A DNA stretch of 64,000 nucleotides from Armatimonadota bacterium (GTDB taxonomy: Bacteria > Armatimonadota > UBA5829 > DTLH01), in assembly GCA_039679675.1 (NCBI GenBank), contig JBDKUN010000062.1:32001-96000 (forward strand). The letters are read 5' to 3'. The notes below the pieces were generated by a model that had not been told where the DNA came from, ran no database searches, and saw only the letters and a program-made list of their open reading frames with translations. Each line of letters starts with the position of its first letter. The first letter of the stretch is position 1. Both the position numbers and the translations under genes were made by a program. Below are positions 9,156 through 18,160 of the stretch, in pieces.

Positions 9156-9959
9156 CTATTTTCCTCTCCCATTCTGCCATCTGGGGGCAGTAGGGGGGCG
9201 CATTGTTTGCGAAAGAGTCTCGAACTGCTGCCGTGTCAGGATTTCCCTGAGCGCCAACTGCCGCGAGACTGTTGCATTCATCGCTTTTCGCTGGGTCTTG
9301 CCCAGTTTCGCGATCAGTGTTTTTGCCTCTTGGGGGTCAAGATCGTAGTTCAGATATAGCCTGTGCAGACTTTGAGCGTTTTGGCGAAGTTCCTGGCTTA
9401 TGGACTGCATTGTCGAGCGTGATTTTACAAAAAGCCGCTTTATCTTTTCCTGCTGCGCTGATGTGATGTCCAGCCGCTTGAGATTTTCGCCGATCAGCCC
9501 TCCATTACCTGTGGGCCAGCCGTGTATGTGCCTGCCGACGCCGTTTCCAGAGACTGCCTCGCCCAGTTGGGCGAACTGAGACTTCGTCAGTATGGACCGA
9601 AGCTTTAGCTGGTTCTCAAGCCCGATGTTATGCAGCCGGATCTGAAGCCCGTTTATCTTCCGCACGGACTCCTGAAGCTGGTTTTCATCTACTTTATAGT
9701 CCTGCAGCTGATTAAAGAGCGTCGTTCTTGCCTGCAGCAGTTCCCGTACCACTCCGGCGGTCCTCTTCCGGCTCTCTTTGATATGCCGTTGAAGCTTCTG
9801 CCGCTGCGCATCACTGAGGTTGATACCTTTACCAACACCTGCGCGCAGTGGCCTCCCCTGTGCAAAAGCAGTGCCGGAGAAGACAACCATTATTGCCATC
9901 GCAATGAACGCTGCGACAAGAAACGGCCGCGAGGCTCTGTTGACAGTACTATAAATCAT
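9156..9959 (-). CDS. Secreted Spy/CpxP-like protein with two LTxxQ-type domains
   Basis: Signal peptide; LSDAQRQKL...ILTKSQF and ITSAQQEKI...ILTRQQF repeats. Confidence 0.75.
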   Translation of the reverse strand: MIYSTVNRASRPFLVAAFIAMAIMVVFSGTAFAQGRPLRAGVGKGINLSDAQRQKLQRHIKESRKRTAGVVRELLQARTTLFNQLQDYKVDENQLQESVRKINGLQIRLHNIGLENQLKLRSILTKSQFAQLGEAVSGNGVGRHIHGWPTGNGGLIGENLKRLDITSAQQEKIKRLFVKSRSTMQSISQELRQNAQSLHRLYLNYDLDPQEAKTLIAKLGKTQRKAMNATVSRQLALREILTRQQFETLSQTMRPPTAPRWQNGRGK

Positions 9960-10434
9960 CCTCGAGCACCTTCATCATGGCGTCTGTAGTGTCTACTACT
10001 GAATCATCGGCAATCGGCTGGACCTGCATCAGTGTGACAGCCTGCTTTATGCTGGTTGTTTTATCATATCCCGGCTTTGGCGCCGGAGCTTGCCAGGGGT
10101 TCACCGCCACAAGCGTAATAGTGGCTGCAACAGCAACGGTCGCGGTTGCGACGGCGACTTTGCGTGAGACAGCTGTGCGGATTTTTTCGAAGACCGTGGC
10201 GCGCGCAGGAGCCCGCTCCGCCCTGATCCTAGCATGGACGAGCGCCCACACATCCGCTTTCGGCTCGTGGCTGGGCATTGTCGCCAGTTTCCCCGCAAGC
10301 TCTATTTCGGACTCCATTACAGCCCGGCACAGGGCACATGTCTCAAGATGCGCCCGAACACCCTCAGCCTCACGCGGATTCAGTAGTCCCCGGCTGTATT
10401 CCAATAGATTCGGCTGCACCTGATTGCAATTCAT
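9949..10434 (-). CDS. Zinc-finger (HxxxCxxC) membrane anti-sigma factor
   Basis: MNC...HLETCALC motif, one TM segment, immediately downstream of an ECF sigma factor. Confidence 0.88.
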   Translation of the reverse strand: MNCNQVQPNLLEYSRGLLNPREAEGVRAHLETCALCRAVMESEIELAGKLATMPSHEPKADVWALVHARIRAERAPARATVFEKIRTAVSRKVAVATATVAVAATITLVAVNPWQAPAPKPGYDKTTSIKQAVTLMQVQPIADDSVVDTTDAMMKVLEDDL

Positions 10435-11026
10435 CGCTCGTCTCCCGGTCAAAGCTCTCTAAATGGTTCCTCAACTTCCGCCTGGCCCTGAAGAGTTTTA
10501 CCTTCAGGTTAGACCGCTTCAGCCCCATAATCTCGGATATCTCATCCAAAGAACATTCCTGCACGTGGTAAAGGTCCACAAGCAACCTGTCCTCTTCAGA
10601 TAGTCTCATCATCGCCTTCTCGATCCCGGCGATTTCATCGGCGTTGATTATGCGTATATCAGGATCGACCACGTTGTCGCCGATCAGGTCCATCTCGCAT
10701 AATATATCATCGGCTACAGGCACTTCCGGGCGCACCTTGCGTGACCGCAGGATGTCCCGCGCCGTATTACCGGCGATCTTGTAAAGCCACGTCGTGAACT
10801 TCGATGCACCTCTGAAGCTCGACGCTGACCGCCATACCTTCATAAAAACATCGGCCAGAGCATCTTCGGAGTCCTCATGATTGCCGAGCATACGGTACAG
10901 GAGGCTGTACACGGGCCGTTCATGCCTGCGCAAAAGCTCACGCAGCGCGGCCTCGTCCTTCTCCTTACACCGGTAGAGCAGTTCCTCGTTGCTCACGCCG
11001 AAATCATAGATAGAATCACTGGTCAC
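10370..11026 (-). CDS. ECF RNA polymerase sigma factor
   Basis: DALADVFMKVW, FTTWLYKIA, region 4 SLDEISEIMG...VKLFRARRKL. Confidence 0.93.
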   Translation of the reverse strand: MTSDSIYDFGVSNEELLYRCKEKDEAALRELLRRHERPVYSLLYRMLGNHEDSEDALADVFMKVWRSASSFRGASKFTTWLYKIAGNTARDILRSRKVRPEVPVADDILCEMDLIGDNVVDPDIRIINADEIAGIEKAMMRLSEEDRLLVDLYHVQECSLDEISEIMGLKRSNLKVKLFRARRKLRNHLESFDRETSDELQSGAAESIGIQPGTTESA

Positions 11027-11186
11027 GAGACTATCTTCACTGGCCCTTTCATAAGTTTAGACGCACTCTGTCCAATAAGGTTACATATAAACTTTTATAC
11101 GCTATATCAGACGGAAGAGTCACCCGGACGGGGGTATTTGGGGATGGGGGTCAGGGGATAGTGTAAAAGTCCATCGCTTAGGGTGC

Positions 11187-11300
11187 ATGCTTCGGACTGC
11201 TTGCTGCCGAACTGGTCAGAAGCAGGCTTATGATGTTTCTTTGATGTCAATGTTGCGTATCCGATAGATTAGCTTCGGCGCAAAAAGCGCGCCGAAGCAT
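11187..11300. repeat. Two REP-like palindromes (GCTTCGGACTGCTTGCTGCCGAA and GCTTCGGCGCAAAAAGCGCGCCGAAGC)
   Basis: Same family recurs at 12076, 20479, 41168, 41313, 48929, 53354, 58510 and 59099. Confidence 0.8.
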
Positions 11301-11317
11301 TCCAACATTCAATATTC

Positions 11318-11656
11318 CTATTCCCGTAGTAGTCGTCTCAGGCTATATCCGAAAAACATTACGATTAACTCGATTACAATTGGAGCTAAATTGGTCAAAA
11401 GCGCTTTTTCGGTATTGTATCTGCCAAACCCAATAGCTACGATCATGATAAACAAGATCCACGGATTACCATTGGTAAACGCAAACAAGAGCCCGATCAA
11501 TGCCAGGCCTATCATACCTGCAGCAGTAAAAATATAGCACGAATAAGCTGGTAACAAAACCGATAATATCTTCGACATAATGGCAAGAACAGCTATAACC
11601 ACAAGCGTTTGCCAAATGAATCGCCACATTGACATGTTTTGACTATTGGAATTCAT
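11318..11656 (-). CDS. Small multi-pass membrane protein, unknown function
   Basis: Hydrophobic 112-aa ORF, AT-rich, coupled to the upstream ORF. Confidence 0.65.
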   Translation of the reverse strand: MNSNSQNMSMWRFIWQTLVVIAVLAIMSKILSVLLPAYSCYIFTAAGMIGLALIGLLFAFTNGNPWILFIMIVAIGFGRYNTEKALLTNLAPIVIELIVMFFGYSLRRLLRE

Positions 11657-12012
11657 TCGCCCCCCTGTTCATTTTGGATTCTATGTTTTCGACCATTTGT
11701 GATATATATATGCCAATATATTGGCATAGCAAATATATTGCAAATGAAAAGAGCTAAAATCCACTTTTTCCGGCAAGAATCAGATATAGCTTCGTTTCTT
11801 GAGGCATGAACAATATAACCAATAACTAATCCCCAAACAATAAATCCTGTGAATATTGTAAGAATAATCCCATACCAACTGAAAGGAGGAATTATTGGTG
11901 GAACTCTCGTTGACATACTATATGCCAGAGCGCTGGTAACTATCAAAAATACTACTGGCCAAAATGATAAGATACCAAGAATTATCTGCTGCCATCTTTT
12001 CATGATACGCAC
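11653..12012 (-). CDS. Small membrane protein (about 3 TM), unknown function
   Basis: Hydrophobic ORF with KKW..A.F...I.AMPIYW motif; AT-rich. Confidence 0.7.
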   Translation of the reverse strand: MRIMKRWQQIILGILSFWPVVFLIVTSALAYSMSTRVPPIIPPFSWYGIILTIFTGFIVWGLVIGYIVHASRNEAISDSCRKKWILALFICNIFAMPIYWHIYITNGRKHRIQNEQGGE

Positions 12013-12075
12013 TCAATTATTTTACCAATAGAACTATAGAGAATCGTACACAATATAACATAATGCTTTAATTGT

Positions 12076-12106
12076 ATGCTTCGGCGCGATTTTTGCGCCG
12101 AAGCAT
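12076..12106. repeat. REP-like palindrome ATGCTTCGGCGC-N7-GCGCCGAAGCAT
   Basis: Perfect 12-bp stem; member of the recurring family. Confidence 0.85.
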
Positions 12107-12134
12107 GCCAACAGAATACTTGCGTTCTATAATA

Positions 12135-13433
12135 TCAGTTCTCCTCACCTAACAAGGTATCAATGTATTCAGTGCTTACCACTACACCGCGAGTGTCGAT
12201 CAAATTGAAATAACACACTTTCGCTCCAGAGGGAATGTTTGCAAAAATACGGTTACCAGAGATCACAGCTTGAACAGATTCCCATTTACGTTCCGGCCAG
12301 TTGCAGGTATCTTTAGAAAAGTTCAATACTGCACTAGTAATCTTTGATTTTGATTGGAACGTCGCCCAAATATGGTTACTCTCGACGCCTTGTTCAGTTA
12401 TGTGAGCAAGTGGAGCACCTTTAAAACAAAAACTGTCAGCAAAGGCATGTATTTCCTTCGGGTTTTCACCGAGGCCACCATGTCCGTGCTTCATATCTGT
12501 GCGTATGCAAAGCGTTCTGGGTCCGCTTGGCAGGCGATAGGATTTTTGTTGCGAATCAATTGGATAACTCGAGTCATTTGTGCCGGTGATCCACATCATT
12601 GGTGTTTTTACTGATTTCAGGAAGACAGACGGGTCCCAGGTTGCTAACCATTTATCAGCCTTTTCTTTTCCCATACCCTTGAATGTGTCCAGCCACGCAG
12701 AATTCTCGCCCAGAAATCCGCATCCGTAGACTGAAACTGCAAACCGAAAGCGTTTGTCTATGCCTGCGGCAATACATGTTAGATAGCCACCCCATGATAT
12801 TCCGGTAATTCCGACTCTTTCGGAATCTACCTCGGGAAGCGACCTGAGCAAAGAATTGGCCAAAAGGACATCCGAAACCCCATGATACGACCACTGATCC
12901 TGAAACGGCTCATCGATTTGGTCAAAACCACCCCAGCCAGCAGGCCCTGCCCACTGATGACGCTGCCAATTGTCATAGCTGCCGACCGGCACGCATCCGC
13001 ATGTGTCTATTGCAATTGCAGCATAACCCCTTGCGTTCCAAAGCCTGACCCAGCTTTCGAATGCCGTCCCACCGCCTCCATGTATAAGGACTATCCCTGG
13101 AACTTTTTTATCTTGAGATGCCTTGGGTAGGCCGATAAAGGCAAATACACGAGTCGGCTTGCCATGGTATGGCATTCCTTCAAAATACAAAGTTCGTATG
13201 CTGATTTGAGTGTCACTTGTCCGAAGTTCAGGAGTTGAGAGTAACTCTCCATAATACAGAGCTTTACTCCCCATCGGCTTCACATTCAGGCACTCATAGG
13301 TCTTATGCACAGTGAGCAATGTCTTCATATCCGAATCAAAAATACTATGCGATGATTCTGCGCAAGCTGCGCTGCTCACCATGAAGATAGTCAGAATACA
13401 CAGAATAAATATTAGTATCCCTATCAAAATCAC
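12135..13433 (-). CDS. Secreted alpha/beta hydrolase (acetylxylan esterase-like)
   Basis: HGGGG oxyanion motif, nucleophile motif GISWGG, GTND and HGH motifs, signal peptide. Confidence 0.8.
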   Translation of the reverse strand: MILIGILIFILCILTIFMVSSAACAESSHSIFDSDMKTLLTVHKTYECLNVKPMGSKALYYGELLSTPELRTSDTQISIRTLYFEGMPYHGKPTRVFAFIGLPKASQDKKVPGIVLIHGGGGTAFESWVRLWNARGYAAIAIDTCGCVPVGSYDNWQRHQWAGPAGWGGFDQIDEPFQDQWSYHGVSDVLLANSLLRSLPEVDSERVGITGISWGGYLTCIAAGIDKRFRFAVSVYGCGFLGENSAWLDTFKGMGKEKADKWLATWDPSVFLKSVKTPMMWITGTNDSSYPIDSQQKSYRLPSGPRTLCIRTDMKHGHGGLGENPKEIHAFADSFCFKGAPLAHITEQGVESNHIWATFQSKSKITSAVLNFSKDTCNWPERKWESVQAVISGNRIFANIPSGAKVCYFNLIDTRGVVVSTEYIDTLLGEEN

Positions 13434-13451
13434 ACTTCCCCCAATTCCCCA

Positions 13452-14039
13452 TCATTCAGGCTGCGGATGAGGCTTGTTGTGCTCAAAATATTCCTCCCAT
13501 TTTGACACGCACGGTTTGAAAAGTTTAGGCTCATCGTTTATTCCGTATTTTCGCAGCCGAGATCTCCATTCTTTCTTGCTTAATCCATTACTGAGTCTGT
13601 TAGTATGCAGATCTATTATAAAATAGCCCTGTTTCGTGCGCCTCTCATCATAATAATCATCGTAGACCGGATCACCTTTCTTTACTATGACTGGGGAAAC
13701 ATGGCCTGTAATAATGTCGGAATACACACGATAGCTATCAACATTTGGACCCACATGCGGCCTGCCCAGGTCAGGATCATTATCGTATAGGCCCTTATCT
13801 ATCTTCTTGTTAAGATCAGCAAGCTCCTTATCTGATAGTGCAGATCGATTAATGACTATATCACCAGATGAGCCAAAGTATTGGTATCCTCCATGCAAAT
13901 ATACAGCGTATTCGTGTGACAGGATAAACATCGTGATAAAAAGTAGGAAAAACAAACCTATCGCGACAGGTATCCCAATTAATATATACTTCGGTATCCT
14001 CGATGGTGCTTTTTTATTATTCAAAATCTTCCACCTCAC
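13452..14039 (-). CDS. Membrane-anchored hypothetical protein
   Basis: N-terminal TM segment, 195 aa, AT-rich. Confidence 0.65.
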   Translation of the reverse strand: MRWKILNNKKAPSRIPKYILIGIPVAIGLFFLLFITMFILSHEYAVYLHGGYQYFGSSGDIVINRSALSDKELADLNKKIDKGLYDNDPDLGRPHVGPNVDSYRVYSDIITGHVSPVIVKKGDPVYDDYYDERRTKQGYFIIDLHTNRLSNGLSKKEWRSRLRKYGINDEPKLFKPCVSKWEEYFEHNKPHPQPE

Positions 14040-14099
14040 TCTGGCTCTCTCCCGGCAAGAGAAAGGATATTTTGCCGATAAATCCTTCCCTGCTCATAC

Positions 14100-15410
14100 C
14101 TACAGTCTGGTTCTCTCCTTGATCTGCAGATACCGGTTGATTACCGCCGGGGAGAGAGTGCCGGGTTCGGAGTCCACTACAACTACGCCTGCGCGCTGCA
14201 GCACTGCTATTGCCTGCTGGCGCTCGTTCAGCACCTCCACTGCGGCAGCTTTTTCGTAGACCTGCGCGGTCTCATTAGGAACAGTCCTTGCCGAAGCGAC
14301 CACGTTCGAGTCCGATATTGCCACGCACATGCACAGATGCGTCGATGCCAGTGTCTGAAGGTTCGTGATTATCTGCCTGGAAGATTCGGGGTCCAGAAGG
14401 TCCGTAAATACCACTACAAGCGACCGTTTCCGCCACCTGTGCGCCAGATAAAGCAGTGCCTTGTTGTAATCGGACTCTTCCGTAGTTATGGGAACGTTGT
14501 AAAGCGCCTGCATGATCGAAAGCGCCTGAGTGCGGCCATTTGCGGGCGGCAGGAACTGCTCCACCTTCTCCGCGAAGGTCAACAAGCCGACTTTGTCATC
14601 TCCGGCGGCTGCGATGTATGCAAGCATCAAAGCCACGTTGATCGCATAATCGAGCTTCGCCATCTCTTCCACCCGGACAGACATCGTGCGCCCGGCATCC
14701 AGAAGGATCATTACGTTCTGACTGCGCTCTACCTGATACTGCCTGCTGATCATCCTGCCGCGCCGCGCGGATGCCTTCCAGTCCACCTGCCGGAACTCAT
14801 CATCGGGAACATAGTCTCTGAGCGATTCGAACTCCGTGCCTCGGCCGTAAAGCCGGATTCTGCGGGTGCCTGCATCCAGAGTGCGCCCACGGCGGAGCAG
14901 TAGATCGTATTTTCGGATGTCCATCAGGTTAGGGTACACTTTGACAGGCTTTGCAGCCGGAATCCGGCACTGCCGGACTGCGAGGCCGAGCGGGCCCTTG
15001 AACCGGATAAAAATATCCCCGAATTCGAAGTCCCCCCGGACGTGGGGTGTGATATGATAAGTAATCTCGTGGTTTTCCCGCGGAGCGAGCTTTACCTTCG
15101 AAGTATTGCCGTCTATATCGAACGTATACGGCGGCTCGTCGCGGACAATCATGTCCAACGGTTGTTTGGAGCGGCTCCGCAAGCTTATTTCGACCGGGTT
15201 CGCCATGCCGATGGAGAGCTTGTCCTCACAGCGGCGCTCGACATCCACCGATGAACCCTTCGGCGAGAGGAGCCAGTCCGCCAGCGCGGCTGCAAAAACA
15301 ACCACGATATAGACGAGCCCGATCCATCCGGCGATTGGGACAAGTCCAGAAAACGCAAGAGGCACTCCGGCGAGTGCCAGATATAAGGCAAATCTTGAAG
15401 TTATTATCAT
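14100..15410 (-). CDS. DUF58 / vWA-type membrane protein (MoxR-associated family)
   Basis: EFESLRDYVPDDEFRQVDWKASAR motif and LDAGRTM; start reassigned to MIITSRF. Confidence 0.88.
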   Translation of the reverse strand: MIITSRFALYLALAGVPLAFSGLVPIAGWIGLVYIVVVFAAALADWLLSPKGSSVDVERRCEDKLSIGMANPVEISLRSRSKQPLDMIVRDEPPYTFDIDGNTSKVKLAPRENHEITYHITPHVRGDFEFGDIFIRFKGPLGLAVRQCRIPAAKPVKVYPNLMDIRKYDLLLRRGRTLDAGTRRIRLYGRGTEFESLRDYVPDDEFRQVDWKASARRGRMISRQYQVERSQNVMILLDAGRTMSVRVEEMAKLDYAINVALMLAYIAAAGDDKVGLLTFAEKVEQFLPPANGRTQALSIMQALYNVPITTEESDYNKALLYLAHRWRKRSLVVVFTDLLDPESSRQIITNLQTLASTHLCMCVAISDSNVVASARTVPNETAQVYEKAAAVEVLNERQQAIAVLQRAGVVVVDSEPGTLSPAVINRYLQIKERTRL

Positions 15411-15484
15411 AAGAATTTTCCGTCTACGGTCTTTCTTATACACTTCTGGCCATAATTCCTTCAATGGGAGAGAGTCAATAATCA

Positions 15485-16324
15485 ATGGAAAACGCGCGGG
15501 CAGACCTGCATTTACATACGACGGCATCGGACGGACGGCTGACTCCTGCTCAGGTGGTCGAAGAAGCCGTGCGCATAGGTCTCGCGGCCATAGCTATCTC
15601 AGACCATGACACGGTCGCCGGAATAGAGGAGGCGGTCTCGGCAGGCAATCGCCTGGGCATCGAAGTCGTGCCTGCGATAGAAATCAATACGGACATAGGC
15701 GCAGTTGAGGCCCACATTCTCGGCTACTTTATCGACTGGAAATCGGAAAAGCTCGGAAAAGAGCTCCAAAAACTGCGAAACGGCAGGTTCGAAAGAGGGA
15801 AAAAGATCGTCGAGAAGCTGCGCGCGCTCGGAATTCCAATTACACTGGAGCAGGTGCTCGCCATAGCAGGGACAGGGCCTATCTGCAGGCCGCATATAGC
15901 GAGAGCGCTCTACGAAGCCGGCGCGGTCGAAAGCCCCAGCGATGCATTCAGCCGGTTTCTTGTCAGAGGAGCCCCCGCATACGTCGAAAGGACAAAGCTG
16001 AGCCCTTACGATGCTGTGTCGATAATCGTCGATGCCGGTGGAGTGGCCGGATTCGCTCATCCGGCGCATACGGGGCATGACGAGCTGATCCCTCTGCTTA
16101 TGAAATCCGGGCTCGGAGCAATCGAAGTCTTCTACCCGAACCAACCCTCGGAGACCACCCTGCACTACCAGGCTCTTGCGAGGAAATACGGGCTGATTGC
16201 GACCGGAGGGTCCGACGCTCACGGCACTGACGCAGAAGGCGGGACTTCCATCGGCGCTGCAACGGCTGATATTCGAGCTGTGGAACAGCTCAGAGAAGCG
16301 GCCTATCTCCGTCGAAGCAAATAA
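15485..16324 (+). CDS. PHP-domain phosphoesterase (TrpH/YciV-like)
   Basis: DLHLHTTASDG, SDHDT, AHP and GGSDAHG motifs. Confidence 0.92.
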   Translation: MENARADLHLHTTASDGRLTPAQVVEEAVRIGLAAIAISDHDTVAGIEEAVSAGNRLGIEVVPAIEINTDIGAVEAHILGYFIDWKSEKLGKELQKLRNGRFERGKKIVEKLRALGIPITLEQVLAIAGTGPICRPHIARALYEAGAVESPSDAFSRFLVRGAPAYVERTKLSPYDAVSIIVDAGGVAGFAHPAHTGHDELIPLLMKSGLGAIEVFYPNQPSETTLHYQALARKYGLIATGGSDAHGTDAEGGTSIGAATADIRAVEQLREAAYLRRSK

Positions 16325-17349
16325 AGGAAAAACGGCGCGCCGAGCATTGCGGTGATTACGCCGACTGGAACTTCTCCAAGCGCCCGCGCGGCTGTGTCCG
16401 CTATGACCATGAGTATCGCGCCCGAAAGCGCCGACGTCGGCAGGAGCACCCTGTGGTCCGAACCGAACATCCGCCGGGCGATGTGCGGCACTATCAACCC
16501 TGCAAACCCGATTATCCCGCTCACGGATACCGCCGCCGCAGTGATGAGGGAGGTAGTGAGGATGATAATCAGCTTGAGTTTTTCTATATCCACCCCAAGA
16601 TGCCGTGCTGTCTCTTCTCCGAGCGTGTAGACATTGAGGTCACGGGCTATCGCGACGAGTACAGCCAGGCCGATCACGGCAAACGGAAGGATCATCACGA
16701 TATAAGACCAGGGTTTGTCCGCAAAACTCCCCAGCAGCCAGTGGATGATCACCGAGAGGTCCTGACCTGCAAGCGTCAACACAAAAGTCAGCGCCGCCCA
16801 CAGAAATGAGCCGACGACTACTCCCGCCAGAAGGAACGAGTGGATGGACACCCTGCCGCCGAACCTGGATAGCGAGTAGACCACGAGCATAGCCGCAAGT
16901 GCGAATATAAACGCCACTATGGGAACACCGAACCCTGCAAGCCAGCCCGACAGTCCAAGAAGAAATGCTATTGCCGCCCCGAACGCAGCCCCGGAAGAGA
17001 CGCCTACGGTGTAAGGATCGGCCAGTGGGTTCAGAAGAAGCCCCTGCAGCGCCGCCCCCGCGACAGCCAGAAGAATTCCGACAATAGCAGCAAGGAGAAC
17101 TCTCGGCAGTCGCATCTGCCAGATAATGGTGTCCTGCACGGCCAAATCTGACCCGCCCGCACCGTTCGAGGAAAGATGGTTTCCGAAAATATGTGAGCCG
17201 ATTATCTTTGCTACCACCGCAAACGGCGTATGCTCCGCCCCGATCCCAACTGAAACAAGCACCGTAATGGCGAGCAATACCGTAAGCAGTGTTATTCCGG
17301 CTAACCCGCGCCGCACTATTCGGCTTTTTACCACTGGCTTATCACCCAT
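16303..17349 (-). CDS. FecCD/BtuC-family ABC transporter permease
   Basis: RLPRVLLA, NPLADPY..GVSSGA, LGEETARHLG, GIIGFAGLIVPHIAR. Confidence 0.93.
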   Translation of the reverse strand: MGDKPVVKSRIVRRGLAGITLLTVLLAITVLVSVGIGAEHTPFAVVAKIIGSHIFGNHLSSNGAGGSDLAVQDTIIWQMRLPRVLLAAIVGILLAVAGAALQGLLLNPLADPYTVGVSSGAAFGAAIAFLLGLSGWLAGFGVPIVAFIFALAAMLVVYSLSRFGGRVSIHSFLLAGVVVGSFLWAALTFVLTLAGQDLSVIIHWLLGSFADKPWSYIVMILPFAVIGLAVLVAIARDLNVYTLGEETARHLGVDIEKLKLIIILTTSLITAAAVSVSGIIGFAGLIVPHIARRMFGSDHRVLLPTSALSGAILMVIADTAARALGEVPVGVITAMLGAPFFLYLLRRR

Positions 17350-17403
17350 GATTTCAGTATAGGCCGGACTACCAGCCAGATCAAGCGGTGAGCTTATCCG
17401 GTC

Positions 17404-17970
17404 TCAGCATCCGGCGTTAGAATGACGCTTCGTCCACTCTTCTTCCAGAATGGCGTAAGAATAGGAGTCCCGCCATTTGCCCGCATGCTGTCTGTCTTTG
17501 ATAAAGTGCCCTTCACGGCGCATCCCGATTTTTTCCAGCACCTTCGCTGAGCGGCTGTTTTCAGTATCGCACCATGTAGAAATGCGGTGTATTCCCATGT
17601 CCGTGAATGCTGCGCGGAGAAGTGCCTCTGCGACTTCAGTAGCATATCCGAACCCCCAGAAGTTTCGGTTCAGCACATATCCGATGGCAGCTTGATCGTG
17701 CCTTGGCAGCAGGTATAGACCGCATCCTCCGATGACCTGCCCTTCGGTTTTCAATGTGACAGCCATCTCAAACCGGCGTCTGGGAGAATCGGATTGACTT
17801 GCTATTATCTCATCCAGAAAGCGCCTGGTATCGAGTTCGGATTCCGGCGAGAACTTGTGAAACTGGAGAACATCAGGCTGAGTTGAATATTCATGAAACG
17901 CTTCCCAGTCGGCGGGTGTGAACTCCCTGATGATGAGACGGCCCGTGATTACCGGCATTGTGATAGGCAT
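17404..17970 (-). CDS. RimJ/RimL-type GNAT acetyltransferase
   Basis: WGFGYATE and NSRSAKVLEKIGMRREG motifs. Confidence 0.88.
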   Translation of the reverse strand: MPITMPVITGRLIIREFTPADWEAFHEYSTQPDVLQFHKFSPESELDTRRFLDEIIASQSDSPRRRFEMAVTLKTEGQVIGGCGLYLLPRHDQAAIGYVLNRNFWGFGYATEVAEALLRAAFTDMGIHRISTWCDTENSRSAKVLEKIGMRREGHFIKDRQHAGKWRDSYSYAILEEEWTKRHSNAGC

Positions 17971-18160
17971 GAAAGTTATCCTTTCTGTTGGCGATAGCAG
18001 AAGAGTATTATAGCACATCAGGCAGCCGTAATCTTGCCTCATGCCCCCAACTCATACAGGGCCGAAAAGTTTGACTGAGTGAGGTCGGCTGGTCTATAAT
18101 AGTTACTTGGTATATCGCACGACATAGCCGTTAAGCGGCACCGGAAGGGCTCCGAAACTC

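Noticed and set aside
11272..14039. Integron cassette array
   Set aside because: Palindromes are about 30 bp, lack RYYYAAC/GTTRRRY boxes, and there is no integrase.
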